A stretch of 64,000 nt of DNA, taken from a virus (taxonomy: Duplodnaviria > Heunggongvirae > Uroviricota > Caudoviricetes). Of the stretch, positions 19,646 through 27,601 are shown piece by piece. Location: the IMG/VR virus record IMGVR_UViG_3300009594_000001; one strand, 5' to 3'. Position 1 is the first letter of the stretch, and the number at the start of each line of letters is the position of its first letter. Under the pieces are notes generated by a model. The model did no database searches. It was not told where the DNA came from and saw only the letters and a list, made by a program, of their open reading frames with translations. The position numbers and the translations under genes were made by a program.

Positions 19646-21696
19646 TTAGATACCTCGCTATATATCCTTCTATATTCCATGCAATTCTCCTTGATGTTGT
19701 AGACCTTCTGCCTCATCAGGTTCTCTTTGATCCGCTCTAGGCTGTCATCAACTCTGATTTGCCTGATGAGTTGTGCAATCTGGCCTACGTCCTTGTGGTC
19801 CACAAGATATCCTGTTTCCTCGTGAATCACCCTATCTTGAATCGCACCGACCTTGGTAGCGATTACCGGTATACCAAGTCCCTGGGCCTCCGTGAGTGTG
19901 AGACAAAAGGTTTCATCCCACAGAGATAGAATCACCAATACATCGATATCGTGCAGCATTCCAGGAAGGGTCTGCAATGTATATTTACCCTTTCGCTGCA
20001 CGTTAAGTATATCAATTGCCTTCTCGTATGTAGGATTTATATTCCCAATGATGCAGAAACTATATTCATCCTCGTAGCTGAACAGGTTGGCTAGTGTTAG
20101 GAATATGTCGGCCCCTTTCTGCATACAGAAGTTTCCAAGGAAACCGATTTTGAGTTTGTTCAAATTCCTGTTTCTGCATACTTTGCACCCTACATCAACG
20201 CCATGTGGCACTACTTTGACTTTTTCGGTTTCCCCGAAGGCTTCGTTGATTTTGTTAGCCACGAATTGAGATGGTACAATTATGGTGTCAGCGGCCTCGA
20301 TGATCTGAGGAACTAGTTTCGCCCGCTCAGTCATGTAGTTTTGAGGATCGGTTCCCATTTTGGCCGACATGCAGTTCAAACACGTCAGATTTTGAGGCTG
20401 ACAGTGGGTTTGGCCGCACATTCTGTTGTCTGGAAGGAGTAGGTTGTACTCAGGGCACAGCAGGAAGTAATCATGAATGGTCAGAATGACCTTCGAGCCA
20501 TACTGCTTGGCGAGCAGGGGTAACATGAGCGATCCCCAACCAGCCAAATGCTGGAAATGGACTATATCGTAATCGCCTTGTAGTAGCTGGCCGAATTTTT
20601 CTTCTATATGCTGATTTCGGATGTCCACACCATTGTCGAGGACGTGCAGGTGGTGTTGTGGTTTTCTGAGGCGGATGACCCTGGGGTTCCCAGGTTGGTC
20701 CTCTAAGTCTAGGTATTCTCTCACTCTGGTGGAGGGGTAAGCCACAGTGAAATCAAACAAGTCCTTGTTGTGATCGATTACCTGTTTTGTGTGTAGTTCG
20801 GTTCCAGCGGCTACCTCATAGGAATGGATCACCTGTAGAATTCGTTTCTTGCCGTTAGAGTTCATTCTGGAAATGATCTTTTCTTGTATGCCACGAAGCG
20901 GGTTGTTGTTGCAAAAATCATGAATTATGAAATCATACTGCGGCCACTTTTCAAGTAGTTTGGCATGGTTCTGTTTTCGTAGTAGAGTGGAGTTGATCGA
21001 GAACGACTTTTCGCCGTGATGAAATACAAAACCATTGTCGCAGCACACGATCCGGTAGCCTTCTTGGTTTGCTCGCATGGCGTAATCGCACTCATCGCTG
21101 TATCCCATGCCGAAGCGTTCGTCTATCAAGCCAACTTTGTCTATTACCTCACGCTTGATAGCCATGCAGAAGCCGACGCCGGTTGGTACATCTGGGTAGA
21201 ATCGCTGTGACGTTTTGTGTATCAGGTGTGCGAATTCGTCAACGGTCCAGCCTTCGGGAAGGTCGTTGGGCTGGTTGAAGTACGGCACTGAGAAGATTGT
21301 TGCGTTGTTTGAGAGAGGCGTGCAGATGCTGATTTTTTCCGAACTCCAAAGGCACTCATCTATAGTTTCGAGCCAACGCCGGGGAAGCAACGTGTCGGAA
21401 TTCACGAGAACCACGTCATTCCGTGACAGCATCATGCCCATGTTCACGGTTTTGATGAATCCGAGGTTCCGTTCGTTTTTCAGATGAATGTAGTTTTTTT
21501 GGCTGAAGGAATTCAGGATAGACTCGATGTCTGGGTCGGTACTGCAATCATCAATCGCAATAATTCTGTGCTTTTGGTCTGTGTTCAATAAGATGGTTCT
21601 TAGGCATTCTTTTACGTACTCGCTCGCATTGTAGATCGGGATGATGATGTCATAGATTCTATTCATAGCTCCTCGTTTGCTGATGAGACTCGCCAT
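19642..21696 (-). CDS. bifunctional glycosyltransferase (GT2 N-terminal, GT1/GT4 C-terminal)
   Basis: GT2 motifs IIIPIYNASEYV...AIDDCSTD. GT4-like C-terminus EAQGLGIPVIATKVGAIQDRVIHEETGYLV. Confidence 0.75.
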   Translation of the reverse strand: MASLISKRGAMNRIYDIIIPIYNASEYVKECLRTILLNTDQKHRIIAIDDCSTDPDIESILNSFSQKNYIHLKNERNLGFIKTVNMGMMLSRNDVVLVNSDTLLPRRWLETIDECLWSSEKISICTPLSNNATIFSVPYFNQPNDLPEGWTVDEFAHLIHKTSQRFYPDVPTGVGFCMAIKREVIDKVGLIDERFGMGYSDECDYAMRANQEGYRIVCCDNGFVFHHGEKSFSINSTLLRKQNHAKLLEKWPQYDFIIHDFCNNNPLRGIQEKIISRMNSNGKKRILQVIHSYEVAAGTELHTKQVIDHNKDLFDFTVAYPSTRVREYLDLEDQPGNPRVIRLRKPQHHLHVLDNGVDIRNQHIEEKFGQLLQGDYDIVHFQHLAGWGSLMLPLLAKQYGSKVILTIHDYFLLCPEYNLLLPDNRMCGQTHCQPQNLTCLNCMSAKMGTDPQNYMTERAKLVPQIIEAADTIIVPSQFVANKINEAFGETEKVKVVPHGVDVGCKVCRNRNLNKLKIGFLGNFCMQKGADIFLTLANLFSYEDEYSFCIIGNINPTYEKAIDILNVQRKGKYTLQTLPGMLHDIDVLVILSLWDETFCLTLTEAQGLGIPVIATKVGAIQDRVIHEETGYLVDHKDVGQIAQLIRQIRVDDSLERIKENLMRQKVYNIKENCMEYRRIYSEVSK

Positions 21697-22113
21697 ATTT
21701 AGGTTTTTCGTCTAGGAGATTTGCCCCTCGTATAGAAAAAAGGCTCACTTGGTACGAGACTTGCTCAATTTTCAATTGGTGTTTGTTTACCCTGTTTCGA
21801 TGACGCCAGATAGAGGAGAACTCTAATGGCAACTATGGTTGCGAATCCCAGGAGGCGAAGTGAGGCACTTAGAACCGTCAAGGAGAAGCTGGCGGTTCTA
21901 CAAGGCATGTCAGACGAGATCGGTTCCAAGATGGTCATCGAGACCGCCATCGATGCCGTCGAGTCCACTATGGAAGCCGCCCTCTGCTGATGGGCAGTCG
22001 GCGTAACACGCATGGGAAATGAACTGTACAGCCGTCCCTGTGCAGACCATTCCTCGACCAGTCTGGCAACTTGACAACCAACCGGGACAAAGTGACGTGA
22101 TCGAAAAAAGGGG

Positions 22114-22142
22114 TTGACTCGGTTGGCCTCTCTTGCTAGAAT
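22114..22142 (+). promoter_or_regulatory. sigma-70-like promoter TTGACT-17-TAGAAT
   Basis: Upstream of the first tRNA cluster. Confidence 0.5.
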
Positions 22143-22165
22143 GTTTCTCGTCAGTTGATTGCTAG

Positions 22166-22258
22166 GCAGGTAGCTTAGTAGGCCGCAAGGTAGCTTGGAG
22201 TAGAGCGTCAGCCTAATAAGTTGAAGGTTGCTGGTGCGAATCCAGTCCTGCCCACTTA
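22166..22258 (+). ncRNA. tRNA-like element (93 nt, type and anticodon unresolved)
   Basis: Acceptor-like ggcaggt/cctgcc pairing, T-arm ctgg-tgcgaat-ccag, long D region; no clean anticodon arm. Confidence 0.35.
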
Positions 22259-22441
22259 AACGAGAACTGCCGTGGCCGCAAGGCGGAAAGGCAACCCTGG
22301 GAGCGAGTCTCCCGCTAACATCCAACCGGACTCATAAGGGGTAGCGGGGAATCCGGTTCACGGCGGAAAAATTCCGAAAAATGTCCTTTTTTGGGATTGC
22401 TCGTCTATATATTGGACAGGCAGAAATGCCGACATGACGTG

Positions 22442-22512
22442 GGGTGGTGTAATTGGTCAACATACGAGGCTCATAACCTCGTGATTCCAGGTTCGAGTCC
22501 TGGCCCCGCAAC
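22442..22512 (+). tRNA. tRNA-Met(CAT)
   Basis: AC arm cgagg-ctCATaa-cctcg; T arm ccagg-ttcgagt-cctgg; acceptor ccccgca. Confidence 0.7.
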
Positions 22513-22789
22513 TCAAGGACGCTAACAGCATTTTCCTACTACGGCAAAGAGATGGCGTCCGGGGGACAAGCGGTTAAGTCGCTAGTCTCATAAACAACAC
22601 CGGGCCGTGAGGCCCACAATGGAGGCAAGAAGAATACAATGGCTGTCCTGATTCAGAGACATGGGAAACAATGGTGCCGCTGCCATAAGCAGTGGAATAA
22701 CCAGATTACGTACCTCATGTCCTGATCGAGCAGCCAAAAGCCGGTTCAGGGCGTGAGTCCTGGGCCGGTGTCATAGGGAACTTGTAGAA

Positions 22790-22830
22790 CCCCTCGATAC
22801 CACTCAGCGGTATCGAGGGGTTTCTTTTTT
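22790..22830 (+). terminator. rho-independent terminator
   Basis: cccctcgatacc-actcagc-ggtatcgagggg followed by tttcttttttc. Confidence 0.7.
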
Positions 22831-23177
22831 CTACGAGGTATCCCTATGAGGATAGTGTCGGAGTTCAGGGACTACTACGATTGCATCCAGGCAATGGGCC
22901 AAGATCGGTCGTTAGTCTATGTGAAAATATCGAAGGAAGTGGATTGTAGTTACCGAGGCGTGAATTCGCCGGTTTACCCCTTCCCGACGTTCGGAGGTTA
23001 CTATAGGTTTCCTTACGATGACTTTTCGATCCCTACATGGCGTTCCAAGAGATTTCGATGTATCTGGGAGGATTAGCAGTTCCTCAGAAACCTATGCCGA
23101 AAATCTCCGACGAAGTGATGGCAGAGATCAAGGGATTCGATAAATGGAGCTTCCGAAAAGAACCCAGCAGGAAATGA

Positions 23178-23248
23178 TGTGGCGTCAGATAATGGTAATC
23201 GGCCTGCCTGTTAAACAGGAGATGTTGGTTCGATCCCAGCCGCCACAG
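23178..23248 (+). tRNA. tRNA-Asn(GTT)
   Basis: Acceptor tgtggcg/cgccaca; AC loop ctGTTaa; T arm gttgg-ttcgatc-ccagc. Confidence 0.6.
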
Positions 23249-23254
23249 CTTTAT

Positions 23255-23339
23255 TCCTGGGTAGCCTAAAGGTAAGGCAGCAGTCTGTTAAACTGCCGTG
23301 GCGAAAGTCCGAATGTTGGTTCGAGTCCAACCCCAGGAG
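23255..23339 (+). tRNA. type-II-like tRNA with anticodon GTT (Tyr-like scaffold, long variable arm)
   Basis: Acceptor tcctggg/cccagga; D gcct/aggc; AC gcagt-ctGTTaa-actgc; 18-nt variable region; T gttgg-ttcgagt-ccaac. Confidence 0.5.
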
Positions 23340-23356
23340 CTTGATAGGTTAGTTCT

Positions 23357-23385
23357 TTGACAATTAGGATCGCCAAAACTATAGT
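23357..23385 (+). promoter_or_regulatory. sigma-70-like promoter TTGACA-17-TATAGT
   Basis: Consensus -35 with 17-nt spacer, inside the tRNA cluster. Confidence 0.5.
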
Positions 23386-23410
23386 CGCCGCAAGGCAGTG
23401 GTGACTATAT

Positions 23411-23492
23411 GGGGTCGTGGCAGAATGGTTATGCACCCGGCTTTTAACCGGAGCGAGAAATCGCAATGAGGGTTCGATTCCTTCTGGCCCCA
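23411..23492 (+). tRNA. tRNA-Lys(TTT) with a 15-nt variable arm
   Basis: Acceptor ggggtcg/tggcccc; AC ccgg-ctTTTaa-ccgg; variable hairpin gcga-gaaa-tcgc; T gaggg-ttcgatt-ccttc. Confidence 0.5.
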
Positions 23493-23496
23493 CTTT

Positions 23497-23568
23497 CGGC
23501 TCATGTTGTAGTGGTCTGCGAACCGCTCTGATAAGGCGGGAGTCCTGGGCCGATTCCAGGTGAGCCGA
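23497..23568 (+). tRNA. tRNA-Ile(GAT), atypical T-loop
   Basis: Acceptor cggctca/tgagccg; AC ccgct-ctGATaa-ggcgg; T cctgg-gccgatt-ccagg (no TTC); weak D arm. Confidence 0.45.
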
Positions 23569-23576
23569 CTCCGAAT

Positions 23577-23649
23577 GGCCTGGTCGTTCAATGGTTAGGA
23601 CGCCGCTCTGATAAGGCGGTAATGAAGGTTCGACTCCTTCCTGGGCTAC
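23577..23649 (+). tRNA. tRNA-Ile(GAT)
   Basis: Same AC arm ccgct-ctGATaa-ggcgg; T gaagg-ttcgact-ccttc; acceptor contains G-U pairs. Confidence 0.5.
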
Positions 23650-23654
23650 TAGAT

Positions 23655-23730
23655 GGGCCTGTGTTGTAATGGCAGCGAGCCGGTCGGGCTTATGAGAGAA
23701 TGTTGGAAGAAGCGAAAAAGTGTGTCCTGC
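23655..23730 (+). ncRNA. tRNA-like fragment (D-arm gtgttgtaatggcagc, no T-arm)
   Basis: 5' half resembles the neighbouring tRNAs, but the 3' half lacks a T-loop. Confidence 0.25.
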
Positions 23731-23856
23731 TTTGTAACTGATGTCACACAGAGGTCACGCACGGCGTAGCGACACTGAACATTGGCGACACATGCCATCC
23801 GAACTAGTGTAGGGGAGTTGTGTGGCCTCTGGGGAGAGGCCCAGACCTTGAGATAT

Positions 23857-23928
23857 GGTGGTCGTGGTGTTGGTTTCGCACGCTTGGCTGTGAACCAAGA
23901 GGAATGGGTTCGATCCCCGTCGATCACC
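23857..23928 (+). tRNA. tRNA-His(GTG)
   Basis: G-1 present; acceptor gtggtcg/cgatcac; AC cttgg-ctGTGaa-ccaag; T atggg-ttcgatc-cccgt. Confidence 0.7.
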
Positions 23929-23932
23929 CTTG

Positions 23933-24005
23933 TAGTCGATGTGGTGTAATTGGCAGCATGGCCGTTGAGCGGAATTAGGTGCAGGTTCGAGTCCTGTCGC
24001 CCGGT
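23933..24005 (+). ncRNA. tRNA-like element B (D-arm and T-arm but no anticodon arm)
   Basis: gtggtgtaattggcagc D-arm; T gcagg-ttcgagt-cctgt; 3' acceptor cgcccgg has no 5' partner upstream. Confidence 0.35.
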
Positions 24006-24019
24006 CTAGACAACCAAAA

Positions 24020-24092
24020 CCGGGTGTGATGTAATGGCAGCACGGCCCCAGCGAAGGGGAAACAGGTCTGGGTTTGAGTCTCAGCGATCGAA
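24020..24092 (+). ncRNA. tRNA-like element C (D-arm and T-arm but no canonical anticodon arm)
   Basis: 5' ccgggtg pairs with the 3' cgcccgg of element B. D-arm gtgatgtaatggcagc; T ctggg-tttgagt-ctcag. Confidence 0.35.
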
Positions 24093-24221
24093 GATACGTG
24101 AGATAGATTGTGGCGTCGTCTAACACCCCGCCAGAATAGTCGAACAACTATGGGGTAAAAAGGATATCGGGGGCCAGATTAGCCCGGAGATGCAGGTGAA
24201 ACTCCTGTCCGTCACAGCCAT

Positions 24222-24294
24222 TGAGGGGTCGTCTAATTGGTAGGACGCTCGGCTTTGAACCGGGAAAATGAAGGTTCGACTCCTTCCCCCTCAG
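24222..24294 (+). tRNA. tRNA-Gln(TTG)
   Basis: Acceptor tgagggg/cccctca; AC ctcgg-ctTTGaa-ccggg; T gaagg-ttcgact-ccttc. Confidence 0.65.
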
Positions 24295-24317
24295 CTAGAC
24301 AGAATGGTGCAGACACC

Positions 24318-24388
24318 AGTTCCTTCGACCAAGTAGGTCAACATCCTGTTAAGATGTCCATTGTGGGTGTCAAATCCCACAGGAACAA
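24318..24388 (+). tRNA. tRNA-Asn(GTT)-like, atypical 8-nt T-loop
   Basis: AC acatc-ctGTTaa-gatgt; D gacc/ggtc; T gtggg-tgtcaaat-cccac; acceptor agttcct/aggaaca with one mismatch. Confidence 0.4.
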
Positions 24389-24418
24389 CCTGATGTCGAA
24401 TATCTCTTCTGTCTTTAC

Positions 24419-24491
24419 GGCCCCAAGGTGTTAGTGGCAGCATTCCACGCTCTTAACGTGCGGGGTCCGGGTTCAAGTCCCGGTGGGGCCA
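24419..24491 (+). tRNA. tRNA-Lys(CTT)
   Basis: Acceptor ggcccca/tggggcc; AC cacg-ctCTTaa-cgtg; T ccggg-ttcaagt-cccgg. Confidence 0.65.
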
Positions 24492-24582
24492 CTTTGCTCT
24501 AGAAAAACCTAGAGCCATCATCTATACTACTAGCACTACGACCAGTGGCTCGACCTGTTCCGCAAGAAGGAATGGATCGAGA

Positions 24583-25044
24583 ATGAATGCAACGAAACTG
24601 CTGTCCATAGGAAAGACAGCCGAAAGATTGGGAGTGCATGTTGATACTCTCAGGGAATGGGACAAAGACGGCAAACTGACCCCGGTGAAGACCCCCGGCA
24701 ACCATCGCCGCTACCGCATCGAAGACATCGAAGCGTTCTGCGGCAACATGGTTGAGAAGAAGGATGACGCAAAGGCAGTCAGAGTCGCCCAAGAAAAACC
24801 TCAAAATAAATTCAAGGATGTTTTGCATTTTGCCGATGATTACATTATAATACTTTGTCTGACTGTGGATACTCTACGATTTTGGCGGGACAAAGACGTA
24901 TTTGACCTGATTGGCACAATCGGAGGACACAACATTGATGAAGTTTTAGGTGTAATTAGTGAAAAGTCAAGTAAGGTGGACAGAGGACGAGGTAAATCTT
25001 CTCAAAGAACACGGAGCGACAAAACTCCTGCACGAACTGGTTGA
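24583..25044 (+). CDS. tnpA: IS607-family TnpA N-terminal MerR-like HTH segment (reading frame terminates before the catalytic domain)
   Basis: LLSIGKTAERLGVHVDTLREWDKDGKLTPVKTPGNHRRYRIEDIEAF matches the IS607 TnpA N-terminus from memory; it is followed by the intein block A-like CLTVDTLRF. Confidence 0.5.
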   Translation: MNATKLLSIGKTAERLGVHVDTLREWDKDGKLTPVKTPGNHRRYRIEDIEAFCGNMVEKKDDAKAVRVAQEKPQNKFKDVLHFADDYIIILCLTVDTLRFWRDKDVFDLIGTIGGHNIDEVLGVISEKSSKVDRGRGKSSQRTRSDKTPARTG

Positions 25045-25924
25045 GCTACTACCGAGACATACGGCAATGGGTATCTCGATCAAGAGAAAGCGGCTCGGCA
25101 TAGAACTGCCAGATGAATACCTGTCAAGGCAAGGAGCATACGGCAGGTCATTTGTAAATAATGACAACTTGTGTAAGACGGATCACAGCCTCACGCTAAA
25201 CGATCTTGATGATACGACCAAACAGGTTCTTCTTGGCAGCGTCTTAGGCGACGGCAGTATCAAGAAGAATGGAAGCGGTGGGAAGATGAGGGGCAAGTGG
25301 AGTCAAAGGAACTTCATCTTCTACGACATGCACAGAAGTCCACAATTTGACTACACGGACTGGAAGGCATCCAAACTCCAAACATTCTTAGCCAAGTCAA
25401 GCCGCAACGATGAGAAGAACAGGTCAGAGACTTGGACGGTATCGCATCCGATCTTCACCATGTTGCGTGATAAGTTTTATCCGGCGATGACGAAGTGTAA
25501 CAAGTGCATGATCCCCGCCGACATCGTTGAGCAGATGGATGAGTTGGCGTTGTTGGTGTGGTACTTTGATGACGGCTACATCGGTGTGCGTCCTGATGGA
25601 TTTGACACCAAAGGTCATCACAAACGACCGCAACCAAGAATTGCGGCAAAAGGTTGGAACTACGAAGACCTGTGCAGAGCCGCCGAGATACTGAACAAGA
25701 ACTTGGGGTTGCATCTGTACGTTCTTACATTCAAGCACAGGGACGGTGTTGGTAAAGAAGTCAAGATACCAGCAAAAGACAGGGATTACTTGTTTCAGCT
25801 TTGGCAGCAGTTGGCGAAACAACACGGCGTACCTGAGTGTATGATGTACAAACTGAACCTGCACGAATGGAAAGATGTACTTGTGTATAAGCAGCCACGA
25901 ACAGAAGCAGAAGGGCGACCTTGA
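24959..25924 (+). CDS. LAGLIDADG homing endonuclease (double-motif)
   Basis: Two dodecapeptide motifs, LLGSVLGDGSI and LLVWYFDDGYIG. Lies between the HTH and catalytic parts of tnpA, in a third frame. Confidence 0.7.
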   Translation: MKSQVRWTEDEVNLLKEHGATKLLHELVELLPRHTAMGISIKRKRLGIELPDEYLSRQGAYGRSFVNNDNLCKTDHSLTLNDLDDTTKQVLLGSVLGDGSIKKNGSGGKMRGKWSQRNFIFYDMHRSPQFDYTDWKASKLQTFLAKSSRNDEKNRSETWTVSHPIFTMLRDKFYPAMTKCNKCMIPADIVEQMDELALLVWYFDDGYIGVRPDGFDTKGHHKRPQPRIAAKGWNYEDLCRAAEILNKNLGLHLYVLTFKHRDGVGKEVKIPAKDRDYLFQLWQQLAKQHGVPECMMYKLNLHEWKDVLVYKQPRTEAEGRP

Positions 25925-26999
25925 GCGACAAAATGGGCGGGTTCTCGCCTACTGCGTCAAGAAACAGTACCAAGTAGTAAAATCCTACGAGGAAGTCGGC
26001 TCTGGCATGTGCGACACCCGACCAAAACTTCATCAAATCTTCAAGTTGGTTGAAGAGAAGCAGGTGGATAAGGTCATCGTAGAACACAAGGACCGGCTGA
26101 CCCGGTTCAACTTCAACTTTCTGGCAGCGTTCTTCGCCAGTCATGGTGTTGAGGTTGAATGGACAGAGGAAGTGCTTGGGAACAAGCGGTACGAGGACGA
26201 GTTAGTGGAAGACATGCTCACGCTCATGTCCTCGTTCTCAAACAAAATCTACGGCAAACGATCCGCAGAGAACCGCAAGAAGAAAAAGTTAGAGAAGTTG
26301 GCGGCAAAGGAGCAAGGTGAAGGTACAGAGGGGCTTCAAGACGGAGATCAGACCAAGCGACAAGCAAAAGACGCTGCTGCTCAAGAATGCAGGAGCGGCA
26401 CGCTGGGCGTACAACTACGGTCTGAGCCAGAAGAAGATCGCTCTGGAAGCCAAGACGAAGATACCCAACGCCATCGAACTGCACCGTCGCTTGAACGAGT
26501 TGAAGAAGACGGAAATACCGTGGGCTTACGAGTGCAGCAAGTGCAGTTTTCAAGAAGCACTCAGAAACCTCGACAGGGCTTTCAGCAACTTCTGGACAGC
26601 ACGGAAAACCAAGAGACGCATGGGCTTCCCGAAGTTCAAGAGCAAGAAGAACGGCATCGGCGGCTTCCGGCTCACAGGGACGATCATCGTGTCCAGCGAC
26701 CGCATCCAGTTGCCCCGTCTCGGCACGATCCGGCTCAAGGAGAAGAACTACCTGCCGACCGACGCCAAGATACTCAACGCCACGGTAACGGAGAGGGCTG
26801 GCAGGTGGTTCGTGAGCGTACTGGTGGAGATGGAACAGCCGGAATACACCGGCATCAAGGACAAGAAGGACGTGGTGGGCGTGGACTTGGGCATCAAGAC
26901 GCTGGCGACCGTGAGCGACGGCACGGTGTACGAGAACCCGAAACCACTCAAGACCCGATTACGCAAACTACGGCGGCTACAACGAGCAGTCGCCCGTAA
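25875..26999 (+). CDS. tnpA: IS607-family serine recombinase catalytic domain (TnpA C-terminal part; 3' end uncertain)
   Basis: YLCISSHEQKQKGDLERQ (cf. YARVSSxxQ...DLxRQ) and IVEHKDRLTRFNFNFL...GVEVEW. The frame stays open to 26999, overlapping tnpB out of frame; the true stop is probably near 26330. Confidence 0.55.
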   Translation: MYLCISSHEQKQKGDLERQNGRVLAYCVKKQYQVVKSYEEVGSGMCDTRPKLHQIFKLVEEKQVDKVIVEHKDRLTRFNFNFLAAFFASHGVEVEWTEEVLGNKRYEDELVEDMLTLMSSFSNKIYGKRSAENRKKKKLEKLAAKEQGEGTEGLQDGDQTKRQAKDAAAQECRSGTLGVQLRSEPEEDRSGSQDEDTQRHRTAPSLERVEEDGNTVGLRVQQVQFSRSTQKPRQGFQQLLDSTENQETHGLPEVQEQEERHRRLPAHRDDHRVQRPHPVAPSRHDPAQGEELPADRRQDTQRHGNGEGWQVVRERTGGDGTAGIHRHQGQEGRGGRGLGHQDAGDRERRHGVREPETTQDPITQTTAATTSSRP

Positions 27000-27456
27000 G
27001 GTCAAGGGCAGTAGAAACCGCAGGAAGGCGGCAGACCGTGTGGCTCGTTTGTACCTGAAAGTGAGCAACATCCGTAAGGACACCTTGCACAAGATGACGA
27101 CATGCTTGACGAAAACCAAGTCGGCGGTCGGTATCGAGGACTTGAACGTGTCGGGGATGCTCAGGAACAGGTGCTTGGCACGGTCTATCGCTGATCTCGG
27201 TCTTGGTGAATGGCGGCGGCAGATGACCTATAAGGGCGTCTGGTACAAGTGCCACATCGCCGTGGCGGACAGGTTCTTCGCCTCCAGCAAGACGTGTAGC
27301 GTCTGCGGGGAGATCAACGAGAACCTGACGCTGGCTGACCGAGAGTGGGTCTGTGAAGGTTGTGGGACGCACCATGACCGGGACTTCAACGCAAGCAGTA
27401 ATTTGGAATACGTTGCCGCCAGTTCGACGGAAACGATAAACGCCTGTGTAGTGTGA
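26317..27456 (+). CDS. tnpB: TnpB (IS605 OrfB family RuvC-like nuclease with zinc finger)
   Basis: 379 aa with the OrfB N-terminus (PSDKQKTLLLKNAGAARWAYNYGL), RuvC motifs (VVGVDLGIKTLAT; GIEDLNVSGM) and C-terminal zinc finger CSVCGE...CEGCG. Confidence 0.85.
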   Translation: MKVQRGFKTEIRPSDKQKTLLLKNAGAARWAYNYGLSQKKIALEAKTKIPNAIELHRRLNELKKTEIPWAYECSKCSFQEALRNLDRAFSNFWTARKTKRRMGFPKFKSKKNGIGGFRLTGTIIVSSDRIQLPRLGTIRLKEKNYLPTDAKILNATVTERAGRWFVSVLVEMEQPEYTGIKDKKDVVGVDLGIKTLATVSDGTVYENPKPLKTRLRKLRRLQRAVARKVKGSRNRRKAADRVARLYLKVSNIRKDTLHKMTTCLTKTKSAVGIEDLNVSGMLRNRCLARSIADLGLGEWRRQMTYKGVWYKCHIAVADRFFASSKTCSVCGEINENLTLADREWVCEGCGTHHDRDFNASSNLEYVAASSTETINACVV

Positions 27457-27601
27457 TGGCTCTGGCTTGAGGGCGTACCTCAAGTGAAACTGTTTCGTAT
27501 GCAGCAGGAATGGAACAGGAAATCGGGGTCATTTTGTGCCTTCCAGATTTCCATAGGTTTTCAGGAACGGTTCGACTCCCTACGGTCCCACTAGATGATA
27601 G

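Noticed and set aside
21765-24147. Minus-strand ORFs of 130-186 aa (21765..22325, 23266..23493, 23649..24147) across the first tRNA cluster
   Set aside because: They run antisense through tandem tRNA genes, have no RBS or start context, and their translations are low-complexity. They are artefacts of stop-poor structured RNA sequence.
24856-25044. Treating the tnpA interruption as a clean intein on the strength of the CLTVDTLRF block A motif
   Set aside because: The three segments are in three different frames, block B does not follow at the expected distance, and no His-Asn precedes the recombinase motif. An intron-encoded HEG or a decayed intein is more consistent, so it is reported as unresolved rather than as an intein.
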